From a virus (lineage: Duplodnaviria; Caudoviricetes), in the IMG/VR virus record IMGVR_UViG_3300022746_000016, positions 102,548 through 166,547 of that record: a stretch of 64,000 nucleotides of DNA; one strand, given 5' to 3'. Below are positions 35,972-45,962 of the stretch, piece by piece. The position numbers and the translations under genes are program-made. Position 1 is the first letter of the stretch. Each line of letters starts with the position of its first letter. The notes beneath the pieces were generated by a model. That model did no database searches and had not been told where the DNA came from. It saw only the letters and a list, made by a program, of their open reading frames with translations.

Positions 35972-36408
35972 TACATCCCTGCTAGGAACTTCTTCCATTC
36001 AACGGCAGTCTTAATTTGCCAGTCTCTGGCTTTAATTTGTCCGAGAATTGATTCCAAAAAGTATATCATTGTTTCAAGGTAGTCGATCTTTACTTTCATT
36101 GTGTTAAGATCGCTGTCTCCTGAGAGGAATTCATCCATCTCATTCTTTAGTGGTTTAACACCCTGCCATTGTGGCCAGTCGAGTGCAGTCAACTCTTCAC
36201 GTGAGAGTTCACCACGATAGTATCTGAATTTGTTTTTGCGTAAGATGTTGTAGTCAGAACTGAACTTTGTATGTTTCAGTTTTACATTGACTAAAAGTTT
36301 GACGTACTTAGCGTGTAGCTTTGGTGTAGCGGTGGTAGTCTCACCGAGGTAGTTGTCGTCGATCTCGCAATCAACGTCCCACATTTCTTGTATCTGCTCA
36401 ATATTCAT
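35971..36408 (-). CDS. uvsY: Recombination mediator UvsY
   Basis: PKLHAKY, YYRGE, IKTAVEWKKF; position before uvsW. Confidence 0.9.
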   Translation of the reverse strand: MNIEQIQEMWDVDCEIDDNYLGETTTATPKLHAKYVKLLVNVKLKHTKFSSDYNILRKNKFRYYRGELSREELTALDWPQWQGVKPLKNEMDEFLSGDSDLNTMKVKIDYLETMIYFLESILGQIKARDWQIKTAVEWKKFLAGM

Positions 36409-36447
36409 AATAACTCCATTTTATAAAGCCTAGTGGCTAAACATCAA

Positions 36448-36966
36448 TTACAATAATTTATACCATCCAAATTTAAATGTTACTGATGCAACAACGTAGC
36501 TGACATCGTCATTTGTAGAAGCGAATCTCATCGAATCGATAGTAGTTGGAAACACATCATAGAACTGTATAGTCTGGATAGCTTGGTTGTTACTATCTAG
36601 GATCTGCAGCGTAGCATCAGAATAGTTCTTTGCTAATTCACCATATGCAGTAGTATCCAATGCATTGTGTGCGATGTATTGATCATAGCTTTCTGGGAAT
36701 CCAAGAGCGACGATCCAGTTATACATTGTTCTGTAATTAGTCATATTCTCATCAACCAAGAATTGTACTGTCAGTGGATCGTACTGTAACGTATCACCTG
36801 GAACTGGTTGCGTTGAGAATGGCGTAGAAAACGCTGGTTCTCCAAGGTTAATCCCTGGAAGAGTTACCTCTTGACAATGGAATGAAATATCAGGTAGCTT
36901 AGTGATACTAAACTGAAACCCATTCGGTGACAGAGGACTTAAATTGGAAGGAATAGATGTAGCCAT
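36448..36966 (-). CDS. gp3: Tail tube terminator / tail completion protein
   Basis: LSPNGFQF, FLVDENMTNY, SDATLQIL; follows gp23 as in cyanophage-type genomes. Confidence 0.88.
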   Translation of the reverse strand: MATSIPSNLSPLSPNGFQFSITKLPDISFHCQEVTLPGINLGEPAFSTPFSTQPVPGDTLQYDPLTVQFLVDENMTNYRTMYNWIVALGFPESYDQYIAHNALDTTAYGELAKNYSDATLQILDSNNQAIQTIQFYDVFPTTIDSMRFASTNDDVSYVVASVTFKFGWYKLL

Positions 36967-36971
36967 ACAAT

Positions 36972-36978
36972 TATTTAG
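36972..36978 (-). promoter_or_regulatory. Late promoter (CTAAATA)
   Basis: 5 nt upstream of the gp3 ATG. Confidence 0.6.
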
Positions 36979-36983
36979 GAATG

Positions 36984-37008
36984 AAAAAAGGCTCCCGAAG
37001 GAGCCTTT
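36984..37008 (-). terminator. Rho-independent terminator of gp23 (cUUCGg)
   Basis: AAAGGCTCC-TTCG-GGAGCCTTTTTT. Confidence 0.9.
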
Positions 37009-37044
37009 AGATTACTACCTATCTTACGATAGGAGTCTAACCGA

Positions 37045-38364
37045 TTACAGCAAGTTAGTAACTTTAACTTTACGGTAGTAGTAGTTTGCGTTCGCAGTCA
37101 AATTGTCTTGACCAGAAGTGCCATCATCCAAGTTAACGAATGGGTTAGCAACTAGACCGTAACGAGTCTTGAAACCAATCTTTGGTTGGAAGCTGTTTGG
37201 ATCAACAGCACGAACCATTTGCAATGGAACGTATGGGCAGTAGAACAAACCAGCGTCGAATGCAGAAGCACCCTTGTAACCAACTACGAAGAATTGGCTG
37301 TTAGAAACGTTAGAAGTGTATGGGTCAACATAAACTTTGTACTTACCGTTTAGAACACCAGCGAAAGTAGTAGAAGTGTCATCTACAGTCAATGCGTTCT
37401 TACCAGTGATACCAGATTGGTAATCAAGAACACCAGCCATCGCCAATGCAGACGCAACGTCAGCAGAAGTGATGATGATGTTACCACGTCCACGACGTGT
37501 TTGTTGACCGATAGCGTTGGCTTCACGTTCGATTTGGAACATTAGACCTTTGAACTTTTCAACAGACCAGCGACCGTTAGAGTCAACGTCCAAGTCGAAA
37601 GTACCTTGAGTAGCAGTACCAACTGCAGCACCAACTTTAGCAGTGTTGTAGATTGTACGGATAACTTCACGGTTGATTTCAGCCAAGATTTCTGTAGACA
37701 AGATGTTAGACAACTCGCCTTCAGCATCCAAACCATGCACAGACTTCAAGTCTTGTGCCAACTCGATAGAGTATTCAGCCTTCAAAGCACGAGTCTTAGC
37801 AACAACAGATGCCTTCTCGATAGAGAATGCCATTTGAGCGAAAGAACCGTCACCAGAACCGCCTTGACCTAAACGCTCAGCAGCTACAGTAGAGATACCA
37901 CGACCAACTGCATCAGAACCGCCTAGAGCAGAACCAGCAGAAGCGTCAGTACCGTCACCAGAGAAACCAGAGTTAACTTCGTTGAACAATGCTTCAGTAC
38001 CGTTTTGAGTAGTGTAGCGAGACTTCATAGCGAAGATCAAGCCAGTTGGTTGAGTCATTGGTTGAACACCAGCAACATCATAAGCGATCAATTGTGGCAT
38101 CGCACGGCGAACCAAAGAGATCAATACTGGATCGAAACCAGCAACACCACCAGTAGCACCGCCACCAACAGTACCGATTTGACCGCCAGTACCGTTTGTA
38201 GGAGAACCTTCAAACAATGCTTCGGCTTGCTTAGCCATTTCGCGTTCTTGGTTTTCCAAAAGAACAGCAGTAACTTCCTTACGGTAGTTATCTTTAATTG
38301 GGGCAGAACCTTCGTGGTTCAGAACTGGTGCCCACTTTTCCATTAATTGTTGACGTGTTGTCAT
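37045..38364 (-). CDS. gp23: Major capsid protein
   Basis: FDPVLISLVRRAMP, GVQPM, RALKAEYSIELAQDL, FYCPYVPL, FQPKIGFKTRYG. Confidence 0.98.
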   Translation of the reverse strand: MTTRQQLMEKWAPVLNHEGSAPIKDNYRKEVTAVLLENQEREMAKQAEALFEGSPTNGTGGQIGTVGGGATGGVAGFDPVLISLVRRAMPQLIAYDVAGVQPMTQPTGLIFAMKSRYTTQNGTEALFNEVNSGFSGDGTDASAGSALGGSDAVGRGISTVAAERLGQGGSGDGSFAQMAFSIEKASVVAKTRALKAEYSIELAQDLKSVHGLDAEGELSNILSTEILAEINREVIRTIYNTAKVGAAVGTATQGTFDLDVDSNGRWSVEKFKGLMFQIEREANAIGQQTRRGRGNIIITSADVASALAMAGVLDYQSGITGKNALTVDDTSTTFAGVLNGKYKVYVDPYTSNVSNSQFFVVGYKGASAFDAGLFYCPYVPLQMVRAVDPNSFQPKIGFKTRYGLVANPFVNLDDGTSGQDNLTANANYYYRKVKVTNLL

Positions 38365-38385
38365 TTTATATTTCCTTTAAAATTT

Positions 38386-39396
38386 TTATTTGTTGAGAAC
38401 TGATAGGTATGCAGACATCTTAGGGTCAACTGTTTTCACAGTAGTACCTTCAGCCAACATCTCTACTGGTGCATCAGTAACCACAGATTGCTCTGCGATT
38501 GTTTTTGTTGTGAAGTAATTTTCACGAATAGTCTTCAACTTTTGTTCGAAAGACGCTTCATCTTCGAAAGATAGTTCTTCAACCAAACCTAAGAATTTCT
38601 CTTGTTCAGTATCAGTCAAACCTTCAGAGATAGACTTTACCAACTGAGCTTGCTTAGACTCAGACAGGCTCTTAGAAAGAGCGATGTTAGCTTCTAGTTG
38701 CTCGTTTAGTTTTGCTTCGAGTTCAGCAACTGTGTTTTCCATTTCACCAAGAACGTCGTAACGCTCTTCTGGAATTTCAACATAGTGTTCTTCGAATAGG
38801 TCTTTCATACCAAGGATAAAACTCTCCATGATTTCAGACTTCATACCACGCTCAAGGGCGATTTCATTCTGTGCAATCCACTGCTCGGCAATATAGCCAA
38901 GGTATCCATCAACTTGTTCAACAATTCCCTGTGTATTCTGCTCAACTTGCTCAGCAAGTTGAGCTTCGAATTCTTCTTCGATACGTGCTAGCTCTTCAGC
39001 AACACGTGTAGTGACAGCAGCTTCGAAAATGGTAGTCGCTTTTTCGCGGAACTCTTCAGAGAGTTCTTCACCATTCATAAGTGCGTCGATATCTTCTTTA
39101 ACGCCTTTAACGGCATTACCTTTACGTACTGGAGATTGGTCACCATTCTTTGGATTCGCAGAACCCTCTGGTGCCTTCTCAGCATCTTTTTCATCTTCTA
39201 CGTTATTGCGTGCGCTGTCTGGGTTAGCAGCAGGTGATTGTGCTGGAACAGCATCACCTTGACGAATAACTGATTGATCGCCAGCATGTGCATTACCAGT
39301 AGTAGAATCACTACCACCTTCTTTGCCTGCAAACTTAGCTTCATTTAACTTTTTAGATTCTGCCAAAATTTCGGCAATTTTTTGTTCGATTGACAT
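38386..39396 (-). CDS. gp22: Prohead core scaffold protein
   Basis: LSEEFREKATTIFEAAV; Glu-rich coiled coil; synteny. Confidence 0.92.
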   Translation of the reverse strand: MSIEQKIAEILAESKKLNEAKFAGKEGGSDSTTGNAHAGDQSVIRQGDAVPAQSPAANPDSARNNVEDEKDAEKAPEGSANPKNGDQSPVRKGNAVKGVKEDIDALMNGEELSEEFREKATTIFEAAVTTRVAEELARIEEEFEAQLAEQVEQNTQGIVEQVDGYLGYIAEQWIAQNEIALERGMKSEIMESFILGMKDLFEEHYVEIPEERYDVLGEMENTVAELEAKLNEQLEANIALSKSLSESKQAQLVKSISEGLTDTEQEKFLGLVEELSFEDEASFEQKLKTIRENYFTTKTIAEQSVVTDAPVEMLAEGTTVKTVDPKMSAYLSVLNK

Positions 39397-39425
39397 CGTT
39401 TTCTCCTGTAACTGGATAGTTCTGT

Positions 39426-39435
39426 TATTTATTTA
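39426..39435 (-). promoter_or_regulatory. Late promoter (TAAATA) for gp22-23
   Basis: Tandem TAAATAAATA on the minus strand. Confidence 0.55.
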
Positions 39436-39439
39436 TTAT

Positions 39440-40093
39440 TTATCTGATTTTACTCAGAAAGTGTTGGAAAGCCTGAATCTTTGCTTCCTCTAGGTTTCTA
39501 GAAGAAGTTCTCTTAACGAAAGATCTTACCTCTTCGATATTTTGTTCCACAAACTTTCCATCAACAAAAATCCACTCTTTGCCCTCCATAATACCACGAA
39601 CGAATGCGTCAGGGGCAGATGGGTCTGCTACAATATCAGCAGCAGTAGATAACATAAAGTCATCTTGAACAACGTTGATTCCCTCATTATTCATTTTGAG
39701 AGAACCCATGGCTCTTGAAGAAACACCAAGATTTGCACCACCGTCTAATAGACCACGAGCAATTTGTCCCATTGGAGTTTCTAAAATCTTTGCTTTACCG
39801 ATCCAGTTAGTACCTTCTTTACGAAGATCAACGATCAGGTGAGACACACGATCCAAATTGATGGATGGAGTATCTGGGTGTCCTAGTTCACCGTATGCAC
39901 GGTTAGATTGAACAGATTCTTTAAGGTAACGACCAACTTCACGATCCATGATACCTTCTTGGTACATGCGCTTGTTGCGGTTAACAATATTTGATTGTAG
40001 AAAAACACCTTCAATAAAGTATTGTTTACCTTTACCTAATTTCTCTTCAACAATAAGTTTAGTCTCTTCGACTGTTTCTCTAATCAGCTTCAT
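39440..40093 (-). CDS. gp21: Prohead protease
   Basis: NRNKRMY, GELGHP, VSH, GVSSRAMGS, DIVADPSAP. Confidence 0.96.
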   Translation of the reverse strand: MKLIRETVEETKLIVEEKLGKGKQYFIEGVFLQSNIVNRNKRMYQEGIMDREVGRYLKESVQSNRAYGELGHPDTPSINLDRVSHLIVDLRKEGTNWIGKAKILETPMGQIARGLLDGGANLGVSSRAMGSLKMNNEGINVVQDDFMLSTAADIVADPSAPDAFVRGIMEGKEWIFVDGKFVEQNIEEVRSFVKRTSSRNLEEAKIQAFQHFLSKIR

Positions 40094-40095
40094 AT

Positions 40096-40560
40096 TTAAA
40101 CCTTATCTGGAGAACCATTTAGTGTGGTAGAAGCACCAACACGGCTTTCGTCGTCGTAAGCACCGTATGTAACAGTCTCAACTTTAGTGTCCCATCCAGC
40201 GACTTTACGTAGAACCAAATAACCAGTGACGGCTTTAGCTACATCATTTGTTACAACAATGTCTGCTGTGTTGTTAGTATTATCAGAAATGCCGATGGAG
40301 TTTAGGTCTAACATTGGAGCGTTTTCTGGAGCACATGCGATAATGTTTTTACCGTCACGAACAATACGGAGACCAGCTCCAAGTTCGCCTGTAGAAACAA
40401 ACTTAACGATATTAACCTTCGGAGTACCACCAACTGTCAACGCTTGAGTAGCAGCACCCAATGTGTTAAGAGCCAACGTACCAGACTCAGCCGCGACTGT
40501 GTCGAAGTGTACGATAACTTCTTGGTTTGTATTTTTAACTGTTGTGAAAATTACAGCCAT
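40096..40560 (-). CDS. Hypothetical head-region protein
   Basis: Beta-rich 154-aa ORF in the head operon. Confidence 0.65.
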   Translation of the reverse strand: MAVIFTTVKNTNQEVIVHFDTVAAESGTLALNTLGAATQALTVGGTPKVNIVKFVSTGELGAGLRIVRDGKNIIACAPENAPMLDLNSIGISDNTNNTADIVVTNDVAKAVTGYLVLRKVAGWDTKVETVTYGAYDDESRVGASTTLNGSPDKV

Positions 40561-40562
40561 CT

Positions 40563-41096
40563 TTATTCCTCTATTTGTTCAAGCACAGATAGAAAGTTCT
40601 CTTTGGACTCTCTCATGTACTCAATAATCTCTGTTTGATTACCTAATAACTTATTTAGGCGTTCTTGCGTTTGCTCGCTAATTGCTACAATGCTATCATC
40701 AGCAAGCACATAATGCAGTTTACCTTCAACAATTCTATCAAGTTTATTCAGAGCACGAATGTCTTGAACAACTGGGTCAACACTGAACATATTGGAAGAA
40801 GCAAGTTGGATATATGTTTCGATTAACGTATCTGTGACTTTAACATCGTGGTATTCTTTAATGATACTAGCGACTTTAGCGTCTGATATTTCTTCGTATA
40901 GTTCTTTTGAGACTTGTTCTTCTATCTTTTGCGCAGTGTATTCTTGTTTAACGTCGAGCCTTGCTTCTTCCAAAGACTTGAACTTTGTTGGTTCACCATC
41001 AATTGTTACAGTACCGTCAACCATTTCAATTAGGCGACCATATGAGCGGAGAACTTCTCCGCTGTGTAGTTTACTGGTGAACTCGTTGTAATTCAT
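40563..41096 (-). CDS. Prohead core-like hypothetical protein (gp68 position)
   Basis: Acidic helical ORF between portal and protease. Confidence 0.6.
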   Translation of the reverse strand: MNYNEFTSKLHSGEVLRSYGRLIEMVDGTVTIDGEPTKFKSLEEARLDVKQEYTAQKIEEQVSKELYEEISDAKVASIIKEYHDVKVTDTLIETYIQLASSNMFSVDPVVQDIRALNKLDRIVEGKLHYVLADDSIVAISEQTQERLNKLLGNQTEIIEYMRESKENFLSVLEQIEE

Positions 41097-41467
41097 TTTT
41101 TAGATTGTTCTGGGTGTTTAGCGTAGTATGCACCAAGAGCCATCTTGATACGTTCTTTCTTAGACTTACCTTCGAAGCGAGGGTCATCGCTATGAACGAA
41201 GTCTTTGATAACTGCGCTAGTTGGAGTCTTAGCAGTAATAACTTCATCCAACTGTTCTTCAGTCATTGTTTCAACAGACTCAGCAGTGATCATTGGATCT
41301 GATACTTCAGTTGGAACAGATACGAACATATTCTGTGCCACTGTAACACGCATATCGTCTAGCTTAGCAGAAATCTTTTCTGCCATTGCAGCTTGGAATG
41401 CACCCTCTAAAGCAACTGCATCTTTCTGAAGCATTGCTGTTACTAATTGTTGTGTAGTTTCACTCAT
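41093..41467 (-). CDS. Prohead core protein (gp67-like position)
   Basis: Start MSETT behind AAGGA; FQAAMAEKISAKLD; C-terminal FEGKSKKERIKMALGAYY. Confidence 0.65.
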   Translation of the reverse strand: MSETTQQLVTAMLQKDAVALEGAFQAAMAEKISAKLDDMRVTVAQNMFVSVPTEVSDPMITAESVETMTEEQLDEVITAKTPTSAVIKDFVHSDDPRFEGKSKKERIKMALGAYYAKHPEQSKK

Positions 41468-41468
41468 T

Positions 41469-43061
41469 TCATTTTCCTTTCGGTTTATCTTCTGGTTCAG
41501 GTGGTTGATTATCATCCATCTGTGGAGCATTGTAAGCCATATAATTATCGCTAGCAGCTTGTCCAACAGCAGCCAATGTGCCATCGAACTGAGCATTAGC
41601 CATATGGTAATCTTCTTCAGCGTCCATTTGTTTCTGCATCTCAGCGATGAGTTCTTCATCTTGGAACAGAATGTTTTCTTTGATCCATTGCATAGAGTAG
41701 AACTTACCAATGTATGGTTCTACTTGTTGTAGAGCACCAAGACGAGCCATAAGGATTTCATTATCCTTTAGTTCAGCATAATGGTTATCTTCAACGAAGT
41801 CATAACGGATGTCTTGTTTGATGTCTTCCCATTCATCGGCGCGAATAATATTCTTTGCAATCATCTGAACACGTAATGCATCTGTGAACAGATTAGCAAA
41901 GTGTTTACGTAGACGAGCAACGAACTTATGGAACTTAATCTCATCACGAGAGATTTCAGTTGCACGACCGATTGAGAACCCTTGTTGTTCTTGCATACGA
42001 CCAACAGGTACGTTCAATGCGTGGAACAATTTGTTCTGGAAGTATTCGATGTCTTGAATGTCGCCGAGATTCTGACCACCTGGAAGTGTAGTAATCTCAG
42101 TACCCTTACCACCTTCACGACGTGGCATCCAGAAGTCTTCCATCATTGACATATGCTTACGGTCATCACGAACTTCACCAGTAGTAGCATCGTAAACTAT
42201 CTTATTACGGAACTTGTTCATAATGTCAGTTACATACTGTTCGGCTTTAACCTTAGGTAAGTTACCAACGTCAATGTAGAAAATTCTACGTTCAGGGGCA
42301 CGACTAATACGATAGATGACCATAGAGTCTTCGATCATCTTTAGTTGGTTTACTGGCTTGATTGCTTTGTGTAGGTATGACAACATCATACCAGTGTTAG
42401 CATCTAGGTAACCAGAAGGAGCATAAACTACTGAGTCGAGGGATAACTTAACACCCTGTGTAGTTTGCTCTGTAATTCCTTTGTCATTGAACAGATAGTA
42501 CTCTTCGATCTGCTTAATGATTTCAACACCCTTAGGAGAGCGTTCTTTAATAACGTTCTTGATGCGACGAATCTTGCGTGGATCAATGTAACGTAATTCT
42601 GCGATACCGTTCTTTGGATTCTTTTCATCCAAAAGGATCTGATAGTAGAGGCGACCATCAACGTACCAAGTACGGAATAGATCGTGTCCACGGAAATCTA
42701 GTTTGATAAGTTTCAACACAGTTTCGAACTCATCACGCATCTTCTTCTTGATAGATTCAGATACTTCTACATCGTCTAAATTGATGTTTACAGACTTACC
42801 TTTTTCATCAACGATAATTGCTTCGTTTACGATGTCTTCAATAGCTGAATCACAATCGCTGTACTGAGCAACTTCACGATAACGACGAATGAGGTCATTT
42901 TCATTCTTAATGACCCCATCCAAGTCCATAACCATACCATAGTAACCACCAGCATTAACACCAGTGTTTACTACAGTTGAGCCATCTCCTGCCGAAGGAG
43001 AGACAACGCTCCCGATCGGCAGTTCTTTTTTACGGCTTATTTCAAACCCAAAAAATTGCAT
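41469..43061 (-). CDS. gp20: Portal protein
   Basis: WYVDGR, YRISRAPERRIFYIDVGN, EDFWMPRREGGKGTEI. Confidence 0.98.
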   Translation of the reverse strand: MQFFGFEISRKKELPIGSVVSPSAGDGSTVVNTGVNAGGYYGMVMDLDGVIKNENDLIRRYREVAQYSDCDSAIEDIVNEAIIVDEKGKSVNINLDDVEVSESIKKKMRDEFETVLKLIKLDFRGHDLFRTWYVDGRLYYQILLDEKNPKNGIAELRYIDPRKIRRIKNVIKERSPKGVEIIKQIEEYYLFNDKGITEQTTQGVKLSLDSVVYAPSGYLDANTGMMLSYLHKAIKPVNQLKMIEDSMVIYRISRAPERRIFYIDVGNLPKVKAEQYVTDIMNKFRNKIVYDATTGEVRDDRKHMSMMEDFWMPRREGGKGTEITTLPGGQNLGDIQDIEYFQNKLFHALNVPVGRMQEQQGFSIGRATEISRDEIKFHKFVARLRKHFANLFTDALRVQMIAKNIIRADEWEDIKQDIRYDFVEDNHYAELKDNEILMARLGALQQVEPYIGKFYSMQWIKENILFQDEELIAEMQKQMDAEEDYHMANAQFDGTLAAVGQAASDNYMAYNAPQMDDNQPPEPEDKPKGK

Positions 43062-43079
43062 TATATAACCTTCAGTTTA

Positions 43080-43667
43080 TTATAGAGGGATAGAGCCAAC
43101 TGGAGTATCAACGCTAACGTTAACACCGAATCCAGAAGAAGCACCAGTAGCAGAAGTGAAGAAGTTGTATGTGAATTCCACATCAAACTGTTCAATTGCG
43201 TTTTGTTGCTCGTAGTCTAAACCGATAGCACCGATAGCTGTAGGGAAAGCATCAACGAACTTGTAAGTCTTAATGATGCCACCGTTACGATCTAGTTGGT
43301 GGATTTGCAAGTCAACTTGATAGTCAGAAGGATTAACACGACCGTTAGTAGTGTCATAGTTCTGGATACCAGATTGCCATTGTTCTAATGCGTTACGAAT
43401 ACCAAAAGTAGTATCGTTATAGATTGTTACAGTCCATGGTTGGAATGTACGTTCACCAGCAAAGTTAACTGGGCGTCCCTTAAACAAGACTGGAATAGTC
43501 TCGATAGTTGACGCAGGTAGTTGAGCAGCCTTACACAAGAACTGTGCACGTTGTCCAGCTACCGCACCCAATGTAACGAAGGATGGGAATGTTAGTTCGG
43601 CACGGAATTGGTTAGGGCGAGCGCCCCCGCCAATCATCTGTGACTTAAAATCAGCAATATTTGCCAT
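43080..43667 (-). CDS. gp19: Tail tube protein
   Basis: GGARPNQF, AGERTFQPWTVTIYND; TAAATA upstream at 43690-43695. Confidence 0.95.
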   Translation of the reverse strand: MANIADFKSQMIGGGARPNQFRAELTFPSFVTLGAVAGQRAQFLCKAAQLPASTIETIPVLFKGRPVNFAGERTFQPWTVTIYNDTTFGIRNALEQWQSGIQNYDTTNGRVNPSDYQVDLQIHQLDRNGGIIKTYKFVDAFPTAIGAIGLDYEQQNAIEQFDVEFTYNFFTSATGASSGFGVNVSVDTPVGSIPL

Positions 43668-43703
43668 TTAAATTCTCCTTATTCTTTCTTATTTATTCTC
43701 TAA

Positions 43704-45881
43704 TTAAGCACCTAATTCGCTGAAGCTAATGCTAGAACGAGCAGCCACGAAGTTTAGAGTAATAAAGTTGATAGAACGGTTTGGCTTAACGAAGATGTCA
43801 GCAACAAAGTTGTTAGAGTCAATTACTTGACCAGTGTTGTTAGACTCATCGCACTTAACAGCGAAATCTGTAATACCACGACGACCTTGAATGTCACGTA
43901 GGAATGGCTCGATCAAGTTCTTGAACTGAGCGCGAGTGAATGGATCGTTGAATTCGAACAATTGATACTTAGCAGCAGTAGCGATAGCTTTTTCCATAAC
44001 AATGAACAAGCGACGAACGTTGATACGATCGAAAGCAGATGGCTTAGCCAACAATGTCTTGTCACCGAATAGAACAGTACCTTCTCCTGGGAATGTAACG
44101 ATTGGGTTTACACCAGCTTTGTACAGGATATCGCGATCTGCTTTAGTTGGATTGTGAGCCAACTTAACAACGTTCTTGATTTGACCACGGTTTAGACCAG
44201 ATGGAGAGAACCATGGGTCGTTAGTGTAATCAGTGCGTGCACATAGACCAGCAGTGTCACCGTTCAATGGGATCCAACGATACTTATCGTTGTAACGGTC
44301 ATATTGGTACTTGAAGCCAGAGTCAAGAACAGCATAAGAAGTGCTTGGTAGAGCATTACGGTATGCAACAATCTTGTCAGTAGCGTTAGAACCTGTACCG
44401 ATGATTGGTTCACCAGTAGAAACGTTTTCTGCAGAAGCAAATACAACGCAGTCCAAACGAACTTCAGCAACGTTACTGATAACGTAGTCAACAACAGCAG
44501 CAGAAGCCTTACCCATTGGAATCAATGATACGTCATATTGAGCATCATCAGCAAACAAAGAGTAAGCAGTCATCAATTGGCCATCAGTAGCAGTAAGGTT
44601 ATCTACACCACCAGATAGTGAACGAGTAACAGCAGAGCCAAGAGTAGCAAAAGTTGTAGACTGAGCAGCAGCACCCCAGTTAGTGCCACCAACAGGGTGA
44701 TCCATCCAGTAGATGTATTCAGAGTTTGTGTTGATAACGTTCTTGTAGTAGTTATTTGTACCGTCAGACTTCTTAGCATCAGATGCCTTAGAAGCAAACG
44801 CAAATTTTTCTAGAACAGTTCCTGGAATACCAGTCCATGCGCCACCTTCGTCAACAACGATAACGTGAACTTCATCATTAGTACCATTAACATTAGCAGC
44901 GTATGTAGATGTGCTTGGAGCAGCATCGAAGTTAGATTTATAAGCAACATTCCATGCAGTCCAAGTAGCTGAGTCAACGATAGAAACTGCAATAGAGTTA
45001 CCTAAAGTTCCTGGGAAACGAGCAGCAAATTCACCAACAACACCTTCACCATTAGAGAAAGATTGTAGGTAAACGTCAGAGTTGTTAATCTTAACACCAC
45101 CGACTGTAATTTCAGCAGTAGCAGTAGCAGTTGTTCCAGAATCTGGATCAGCCACAGTAACTGTTGGAGCAGAAGTGTAACCAGTACCAGATTCGTTGAT
45201 AACGATACCAGTAACAGTAGAAGCAGAGATAGAAACAGATCCTACAGTAGCACCTGCACCAGTAGCAGAAACGATCTGAACTGTTGGAGCAGAAGTGTAA
45301 CCAGAACCAGCTGTATCGATAACGATAGCAGTAATAGCGCCACCAGAGATAGTTGCGTGAGCAGTAGCAGTAGTACCACCAGCAACTTGTGGAGCAGAGA
45401 TGTTTACTGTAGCTGAAGCATAGTTAGCGCCACCACCAGAAACAGCGATACCAGTAACGCCACCACCAGAAAGACGAGCAGTACCAGTAGCTTGAATGCC
45501 ACCAGCAATGTCTGGAGCAGAGAATGCTACTTCTGGAATAGAAGTATAACCAGAACCTTGGTTGCCTACAGAGACACCAGTAACAGTACCAGTTTGAGTT
45601 GCAACAGCGTTACGTTGTGTAGCAGTGTCAGCACGGCTAACTAATAGGCTATTTGTATAAGACAGGAAGTTTGCTGCAGTAAAGAAAGATTGGGCATTGG
45701 CGTCTTGTGGCTTACCGAATAGACGAACTAATTCGTTCTCGGAAGTGACAGATGTAGGAGCCAAAACTGGACCCCAAGCAAACGCACCAGCAAAAGCTCC
45801 ACGTGAGCTAGACACGGCTGGAACGATTGATGAAAAATCTTTTTCTACGACTGCAACGCCTGGAGATAATTGGAAAGGCAT
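43704..45881 (-). CDS. gp18: Tail sheath protein with inserted GxGY beta-repeats
   Basis: [30 protein letters not shown]; CTAAATA upstream at 45938-45944. Confidence 0.97.
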   Translation of the reverse strand: MPFQLSPGVAVVEKDFSSIVPAVSSSRGAFAGAFAWGPVLAPTSVTSENELVRLFGKPQDANAQSFFTAANFLSYTNSLLVSRADTATQRNAVATQTGTVTGVSVGNQGSGYTSIPEVAFSAPDIAGGIQATGTARLSGGGVTGIAVSGGGANYASATVNISAPQVAGGTTATAHATISGGAITAIVIDTAGSGYTSAPTVQIVSATGAGATVGSVSISASTVTGIVINESGTGYTSAPTVTVADPDSGTTATATAEITVGGVKINNSDVYLQSFSNGEGVVGEFAARFPGTLGNSIAVSIVDSATWTAWNVAYKSNFDAAPSTSTYAANVNGTNDEVHVIVVDEGGAWTGIPGTVLEKFAFASKASDAKKSDGTNNYYKNVINTNSEYIYWMDHPVGGTNWGAAAQSTTFATLGSAVTRSLSGGVDNLTATDGQLMTAYSLFADDAQYDVSLIPMGKASAAVVDYVISNVAEVRLDCVVFASAENVSTGEPIIGTGSNATDKIVAYRNALPSTSYAVLDSGFKYQYDRYNDKYRWIPLNGDTAGLCARTDYTNDPWFSPSGLNRGQIKNVVKLAHNPTKADRDILYKAGVNPIVTFPGEGTVLFGDKTLLAKPSAFDRINVRRLFIVMEKAIATAAKYQLFEFNDPFTRAQFKNLIEPFLRDIQGRRGITDFAVKCDESNNTGQVIDSNNFVADIFVKPNRSINFITLNFVAARSSISFSELGA
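45159..45304. repeat. 26-nt direct repeat inside gp18
   Basis: AACTGTTGGAGCAGAAGTGTAACCAG at 45159 and 45279, encoding GYTSAPTV twice. Confidence 0.8.
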
Positions 45882-45962
45882 TGTAATTCTCCTTGTTAAT
45901 AAGTTTTTACTTTAGACAGAAAATCGTGTCTACATTTTATTTAGTTTTTACAAGTTTTCAAC